DNA of 64,000 bases from Octopus sinensis. Its lineage: Eukaryota. Both the position numbers and the translations under genes were made by a program. The notes beneath the pieces are model-generated. The model made no database searches. It saw nothing but the letters and a program-made list of their open reading frames with translations, and was not told where the DNA came from. Positions 56,755 through 64,000 of this stretch are shown piece after piece; within the stretch, counting starts at the first letter, position 1; each line of letters starts with the position of its first letter. The stretch spans positions 65,968,001 through 66,032,000 of the forward strand of contig NC_042997.1 in NCBI RefSeq assembly GCF_006345805.1, given 5' to 3'.

Positions 56755-58171
56755 TTTTGTTAATTCGTCGTTCAACTCCATTCTTTCATATATTTATATT
56801 TAAAAAAAAACATACAAATTTCCACACGAAAGCACGTAACTTCAAACGTGTCTTCTCTGATGTGAATTTGCTACCCAGGTATCGGTTAACCGAATTATCC
56901 ATAACAAGATAATTCATTCAACTACTCAAATATATATATATATATATATGAGAAGAAAATGGACATAATAACAATGGGAGACTCGTGGATTACACTGGCA
57001 TGTCTTTAATTAAATAGGTAACAAAAAGTAAGAAGCAGAGATGAGGGTGGCATTATATATATATATATAAGGTGAGCTGGCAGAAACGTCAGCACATCAG
57101 GCAAAATGCTTAGCAGTATTTTGTCTCTCTTTACGTTCTGAGTACAAATTCTACCGAGGTCGACTTTGCCTTTCATCCTTTTCGGGTCGATTAAATAAGT
57201 ACCAGCTGCATACTAGGGTCGATGTAATCAACTTAATCCCTTTGTCTGTCCTTGTTTGTCCCCTCTATGTTTAGCCCCTTGTAGGCAATAAAGAAATATA
57301 TATATATATAGAGAGAGAGAGCTATATTTTTGCTTGTTATATAGACAGCGCTGTGAAGTGCTCAGGAAGACAACATAAGATGTTAGATATATATTATATT
57401 TAAAAGGAGAATTCAGGTAGGTTCAACATATTAGAATAATAATACAGCAGAGTATCATTATCATCATGGTTTACCATGGAAAGCAGTAATTAAACAATGA
57501 TGATGACGATAATACTCAGTCATAAAACCGGTGCATGCAAATTATTAAAACATATTTAATGTATCACTCATTAAAATATTAAAATAATATTAATAATGTA
57601 CAGATACATAAATATATAAAAATATAACAAACATACATGAGTAGAAAAACTATACTGATGTATAAAAATATATTAGCATTTAAAAATTATTAAAAAGTAA
57701 AAGTGAAAATCAACACAGAAAGGTAAATGAAGAAATGTTTAAGCATCAAGATGGAAGGTAAAGTTCCCAATGATTAGAAGGAGTCAGTGTCTAAAATTTG
57801 GATAGGAATATCCTTTATTTCTATGGATTACTGTACCCTTGAAACAGCTGTCGAAGTATCATCACTTAATTCTTGAAATCGGCGTACGACCATCTAATCA
57901 CTGGAAACTTTACCTTCCATCTGGATGCTTCAACATTTTTTTAGTCACCTTTCTGCGAGGATTTACACTTTTACTGTTTAATATTTTTTAAAATATATTT
58001 TTTATATCTTTTTAACAATGCTCTTAATCTGTAAGAAGGACAATGTCTTCAGTATATGTCTTCCAAGATGCTAACATATTTTTATACATCAGTATAGTTT
58101 TTCTACTGATATATGTCTATTATATTATTATATTTTTATGTATCTGTAAATTTTTAATATGTTTCAATATG

Positions 58172-58204
<33 letters not shown>

Positions 58205-58235
58205 TTAAAAAAGGAGATGTGGAACACGAGTTGTG

Positions 58236-58553
58236 ATATATAAAAAAAGGAAATGAAGAAAATGCTGACAAAATAATTTAAGTAAGGGAGAGTGTATTTA
58301 ATTAGGTGAAAGTTCTTTTTACCGGTTGCGCATTTGTTATGCTTATCAAAAGATATTTTGAGTGAGATAGAGTTCCTTTCTGATTGATTTTTTTCTCTTA
58401 TCTGAGAAAAAAAATCAATCAGAAAGGAACTCTATCTCACTCAAAATATCTTTTGATAAGCATAACAAATGCGCAACCGGTAAAAAGAACTTTCACCTAA
58501 TTAAATACACTCTCCCTTACTTAAATTATTTTGTCAGCATTTTCTTCATTTCC

Positions 58554-58565
<12 letters not shown>
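58236..58565. repeat. Near-perfect palindrome with ~160-bp arms and a 6-nt loop
   Basis: 58236-58397 is the reverse complement of 58404-58565 apart from homopolymer lengths; the loop is ttatct. Confidence 0.95.
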
Positions 58566-58589
<24 letters not shown>

Positions 58590-61399
58590 ACTCTCCCAAC
58601 AAAGACGATGTGTGAGTGTTAAGCTTTACCAAATGACCTGCACATATTATTTGTTTATAGAGATCAAATGTTCATGCCACACATTAGCTCACTCTCTCCT
58701 TCATTTCGGTGTTACCTGAACAAGTGCACTGTGTACCACACATCAGTTGTCAAAATGATTGCAGAGCAATGTGAAATGAAGTATTTTGCTTAAGAACACA
58801 ATGCACCACCCAAATACTCCCATCCACGAGATTACAGGTAACTTATGCCCAACAATGAGCAGAGGCTAAAAAATTCAAAACATATTTTTACAATAAAATT
58901 AAAAACAAAGTTTAAGGCCAGTGTTATTATCTTCCTCTTTGTTGCATATCAGATTTTCTTTGCTGGCATGGGCTGGCTGAGTCTTTGCTACCAAGCATCT
59001 CTCCACTAATTGTGGTCCTTTTTCATTTCATTCATGTGACTCAACATCTTCAGCTCAGCCTTCACCATTTCTTTACATGTTTTCTTTGGTCTTCTTTAAC
59101 TGCTTTCTTCTACTTGGCTCCTTTGAGCCGTCTTCACCCAAATATAATTCTTCATAAGCATGTGCATATAAAAGTAGTCTCATCTCTTGCACACGACAGC
59201 TGACTCCTATACCACCCAATTTTTTTTCATACCAGTTCATTTCTCCTCTCATACATTCATACACACTGACATTACACATCTAATAGTGAAAATCTAAGAT
59301 CAGTAAGTATTAATTATATCTGATCTAAAATATTCCCCAGGTGAATTTGAACTTGAAATGTAGTCAACAGAAATATCACTAAGCATTTTGTCCAAAGCAG
59401 TGATGACTCTACCAGCTCACCACCTTACAATTAATAGTAATATTGGTTTCAAATTTTGGCATAAGGCCAGCAGTTTTGGGAAAGGTGGATTAGTTGATTA
59501 CACTGACTCCAGGACTCTACTGGTACTTCTTCAGTGAAAACAAGTACCACAGTTGATTTTACAAGAGAAGGACAAATAGTTTTTACTTGAGAAAGATGTG
59601 GGGAGTATATAGTTTGGCAGTTTGGTAAAAGTAACGAAATGGAATACTGCCACAAACCATACACTGTTCTTGACTGAATGATATGTCAGTAGTAGACTGA
59701 GGTCTGATAGTTACAAAAAGAGATACCCTAGCAAGTTTCACAGCCAATTGCCATCCCCAACAAAAAGTAATGTTTCAACAAGTCATGTGCATGTTTACAT
59801 TTTTAGAAGAATCATCTAAAAACTACTTCAGTTTGGGAAATCTGAGGTAAAATGTTGAAAATGTTTTACCCCTTTAGCATTTAAACCAGCCATATCTGGC
59901 CCAAATATTCTGCCTGTTGTATGTTCAAACTGGCCAGACCCGGCCTCTCACACCTATCCTTTCAGGTCTTACTAAAAATAAAATTCATGTCACTGAAATC
60001 TCAAAGCTATAAGACACTGTATGATTAATTCAAAACAGTGTGAATAAATAAGCATTACACTTGATAGAGTAATCTGAATGCTGAAGCGTTAAAGTAGATT
60101 AACTTTCCAGATACATCTTACATTAAAATACTTTTAAAACAACATGCCTGCCTACAGATATTAGTATCTCTTGTGTTAAAATGTTGATAATTGCTGAAAG
60201 AAAAATTCAACTCAGTGGTTCTTGATCTGTGCAGTAGCACCGATTAAAATAAGGATTCCTAACTGCAGTACAAGAATTCATATTTTGGATGAAACAAGAC
60301 ACACTTAATAATATTAACACTAGTACTTAACTAGTGTTTATATTTTGACCACATTGATGAAAAATATCAAGCTTATTCTAATGTCTTTCTTTTTATAATT
60401 TTCATTATTATTTTATATACATGTAGGTTTCTTGCATTTAACTATTTGCTTTGCAAGATTCTTGATGTAAAATCATGTGTTGAAGCAGATATTGATACAC
60501 CTGAGGATGGTCACACTTTGTCAATTAAATACATGCACTATATATTTGGTCTTTACTTCAGATTTATTATAATTATTACTATTATCATTATTATTATTAT
60601 TTATTGCTTAGTTTCTTTTCTTTTTTTTTTTTGGACAGAGAAACTAAAATAATAGTAATAAAGCTGAGACTAAATAGTGTGTGTGTGTGTTTAATCGGTA
60701 AAATTTCACCATCCTCAAGCATAACAATATAAGCTTTCGGTCTTTCTTCATATATTAATGAAAATGAAAGTCAACCTTTGCAATAAAATAATAAAAGTAA
60801 GTAACTAAATACTCCAAGACGATCACAAATTCTACCAGTCTAAAACCCTTCCAGTCTTTCAGAGTAATTAATATATGACAAGTTGAAAGAAAATAAATAA
60901 ATTAGTAAAACAATTAACTGCAGTAATTTAAAAATCTTAAAACCCTCATAACAAAACGGATGACTACCAGTCTCAAACTTTTTCAGTATCCTATTACTAT
61001 ATGAATATTCTCTTTGTGAAAAGACAAAAGTTGCTGCTACTAATTGAAAACCATTTTCGTTCTTTTTAATCATTCTAATAAAGAAAAACGTAGAAAAAAC
61101 TATAGAGGCTGAATACACCGAATGGATCAACTGATAATAAAATTTGTAAAAGAAAATAAATTTGAGTCTAGTGAGGAAAGATGACTTCTGATATTACGAG
61201 TAAGCCAAGCAATTCTTAGAAGAAAATACGAATGTAAGGGAGGCTAATCTTGTTTGCCAAAAGTAGCAGAGTTGCTGCCCTTGAAAAAGATGACGTCGGA
61301 AACGAATATTCAGTGTTATTGAAATTTGTTCAGTTTTATGGCAATTGGAAAAAAACATTGAAAGAGGTATCTATATTTACAGAGGTACGTATACGAGTT

Positions 61400-61715
61400 A
61401 GGAGTGGCTGTATGGTAAATAGCTTGCTTACCAACCACACGGTTCCAAGTTCAGTTCCTTGTGCAAGTATCTTCTATAGCTCAGGCCGACCAAAGCTTTG
61501 TGAGTGGATTTGGTAAACGGAAACTGAAAGAAGCCCGTCGTATATGTGTGTGCGTGTGTGTGTGTGTGTTTACGTCCCCGTAACTTAGTGGTTCAGCAAA
61601 AGGGACCGATAGAATAAGTACTAGGCTTACAAAGAATAAGTCCTATGATCGATTTGTTCGACTAAAGGTGGTGCTCCAGCATGGCTGCAGTCAAATGACT
61701 GAAACAAATAAAAGA
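61400..61715 (+). mobile_element. SINE of a third family with an internal (TG)n tract
   Basis: ggctgtatggtaaatagcttgctt...ggaaactgaaagaagcccgtcg...(TG)n...ggtggtgctccagcatggctgcagtcaaatgactgaaac. Relatives lie at 17950-18345, 30680-30900, 31460-31870, 52300-52600 and 62460-62830. Confidence 0.8.
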
Positions 61716-62029
61716 ATTTATACAGATTTTTCCTTTTCTGAAGTGTGTACATATTAGTTTGGCGCAACAAACTTATTTTATTAAACAACAGCTAGACTTG
61801 TTTTCCACGCATATTAATGCAATCTACTTAGACTTTCTCCATACTAAAAGAAATAATTCCCCTAATTCCACTTATTACTATCAACGTCATTTATTTGGTT
61901 ATAAGCATGATGCTTACGATGTTGATGACAGAAGGTGAATGAGAGAAAATATAATGTTGTAACATGCATTTTGTGACACTGGCCACCAAATCTCTGAATG
62001 GAAAGTTTTAGCACCAGTGGAGAAAAATC

Positions 62030-62380
62030 AAGACATAACAGAGTTGACCAATATCTGCAATGGTTAATATGTCAGCATTATAAAATCAAAACTGCCAACA
62101 AATGGTATAATCACTCCCTGAAATGGTAACTGAGTGAGAAAATGTGACAATTCTTTGGGACTTTCCATTATATACAGACCAAAGTTAATAAACCAGATAT
62201 GGTTGTGAAAGCCCAAAACCATAAAAACTTGTTTACTGATTGACACAAATATTCCTTGTGATCATAATACTGTGGCAAAAGAATTTGACAAGCTTAGAAA
62301 ATATAAAGATTTGCTCACTGGTATAAAAAAATGTGGCATCTCAAAACAGTTAGAATATCAGTGATCTTCTACTTAAGAAT
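62030..62380 (+). mobile_element. R4/Dong-like RLE fragment
   Basis: ENVTILWDFPLYTDQS, then ..NKPDMVVK and a later LLIDTNIPCDHNTVAKEFDKLRKYKDL stretch, frameshifted. Confidence 0.7.
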
Positions 62381-62637
62381 AGGAATGGAAAAGTATTGCT
62401 TCAACTAAATGTAACCTAATTCAGATCAGTTCCCACATTTTTAATTTTCATCATCATCATCATTGTCCTGAGTGGCTGTGTGGTATGTAACTTGCTTACC
62501 AGCCACATGGTTCCGGTTTCAGTCCCACTGCATGGCACCTTGGGCAAGTGTCTTCTACTGTAGCCTTGATCCAACCAAAGCCTTGTGAGTGGAGTTGGTA
62601 GACAGAAACTGAAAGAAGCCCATTGTATATATGCATA

Positions 62638-62673
<36 letters not shown>

Positions 62674-63689
62674 TCCCCCCAACATCACTTGACAACCAAT
62701 GCTGGTGTGTTTACGGCCCTGTAATTTAGCAGTTCGGCAAAAGAGACCGATAGAATAAGTACTAGGCTTACAAAGAATAAGTCCAGCATGGCCACAGTCA
62801 AATGACTGAAACAAGTAAAAGAGTATAGATACATGTATGGCTGTGCAGTAAAGAAGTTGTGTTCCCCATGGAATTCTAATCCTTGTATATGATACTGGGT
62901 AAGTGTCTTCAACCTTTGCTTTAGGTTGAACAATACACTGTGAGTGGAATTCGGTAGACAGATACTGTGCATCAGTTCACTGTGTGTGTGTGTGCATATG
63001 AGAGAGAGAGAGTTTATTTTGCCAGGTCTGGAGGAAATTTAGATACACATGATCTTTGCCAGTCCTCCTAGAATGGTGAGATTGATGTCATCACTGTTCT
63101 TCTTGAACCTTTCTATGAGATATATGAGAAAGGAGGGTATTCAAAGAGTCAAGGTTCCAAGAAAGAAGACTGGGTGTAGTCATTAGTGTGAAGCCTAGGG
63201 TAATAAACACAACAAGGATGCTGAGAGGATAAGAGGAAAGTGTGATGCAAATGTTTGAGTGGAGGTGGAATGAATCCAGCCAGCTCCAAAGAGGAGAGGC
63301 CATTATAGTAGTAATAGAGAGGAGGCAGCACGCTTATAGGCCAGAAGATATACCATACCATTCCTAATTTCTTGAAATTATTTCCCTACATTTCTGAGAA
63401 TCACTAACAATTGTTACTTCTTTCTTTATATCTTTTGGGTTTTTTTTTGGGGGGGGGGGGTTATATACAACACACAGTCTTTCACCTTGTAACTTTACAC
63501 TCTAAATTTTGGGATAAGGAATAATCAACAAAGCTGAAACCAGTACATAACAGGTATTCTATATGGGATTAATACATAGCATGTAATGGATAATATGAAA
63601 CAATAATACTAAAAGGTAACAAACGGATATGGGATTATTATATAACATGATGAATAATAAAGTCAGTCACTACAAAATTTGAAACTGAG

Positions 63690-64000
63690 ACATAAACGAG
63701 CAGAACTAAATACACTAAACTCCCTCTTATCCAGTACTTATACCCAGATTATTTTTCAAATCACTTCCACTCTGTTGTACATGCACACTGACATTACCCA
63801 TCCAATGAAGCATACTGGTTTCATTTCTTTCAAGTCTTCATATATCCTCAGTAGTCACAGCCTATGTCTCAATGCCATGTATCATAGCTGTTCATACACA
63901 GGCATCATACAAAATGCGTTTCACTCTGAGGGAGAAGCCCTTCCTTACTAACAGAGATAGTAGCTCTCTGAGTGCATATTATCTCTATCACTACTGCTTT
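63690..64000 (-). mobile_element. RTE LINE fragment (another at 58980-59280)
   Basis: Minus strand resembles the post-RT region of the RTE at 17100-17330 (ELLSLLVRKGFSLRVKRILYDACV...). Confidence 0.7.

Larger units (their letters stand above)
55979..56930 (+). repeat. Tandem duplication of a ~455-bp unit (period 495/496), each copy bounded by (TA)n
   Basis: 55979-56433 matches 56474-56929; the only difference seen is one A in a homopolymer. Confidence 0.95.

Noticed and set aside
60120-60195. Strong minus-strand acceptor (tttttctttcag) plus a gtaaga donor, as an upstream exon
   Set aside because: The only open frame is phase 2-2, incompatible with exon A, and the peptide is unremarkable.
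60780-61400. CpG-containing unique-looking region, as a promoter or first exon (including + strand ATGACTTCTGATATTACGA|gtaagc)
   Set aside because: No linked downstream exon or diagnostic motif; it cannot be supported without CAGE or RNA-seq.

Overview
AT-rich, microsatellite-dense animal genomic DNA. The repeat landscape (tRNA-derived SINEs, RTE/CR1/R4-Dong LINE relics, long TA/TAA tracts) suggests an octopus-like cephalopod; this is an inference. Almost all ORFs in the supplied track are microsatellite or repeat artefacts. One real multi-exon gene runs on the minus strand. I traced six GT-AG exons with consistent phases (51345-51136, 33624-33541, 23638-23525, 19008-18678, 12681-12616, 3188-3112; 882 nt, about 293 codons). 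The first exon(s) were not found and the 3' end lies outside the window. The partial protein has an acidic region, two SHP-box-like (p97/VCP-binding) motifs, a His/Gln tract, a BC-box-like motif and the start of leucine-rich repeats. The rest of the window is intron and probably upstream sequence filled with mobile-element relics. The most notable non-coding features are a tandem pair of type I hammerhead-ribozyme-like folds in a 495-bp repeat (Penelope/retrozyme-like), a near-perfect palindrome with ~160-bp arms, a two-segment template-switch insertion, and an intronic hairpin next to a splice donor.
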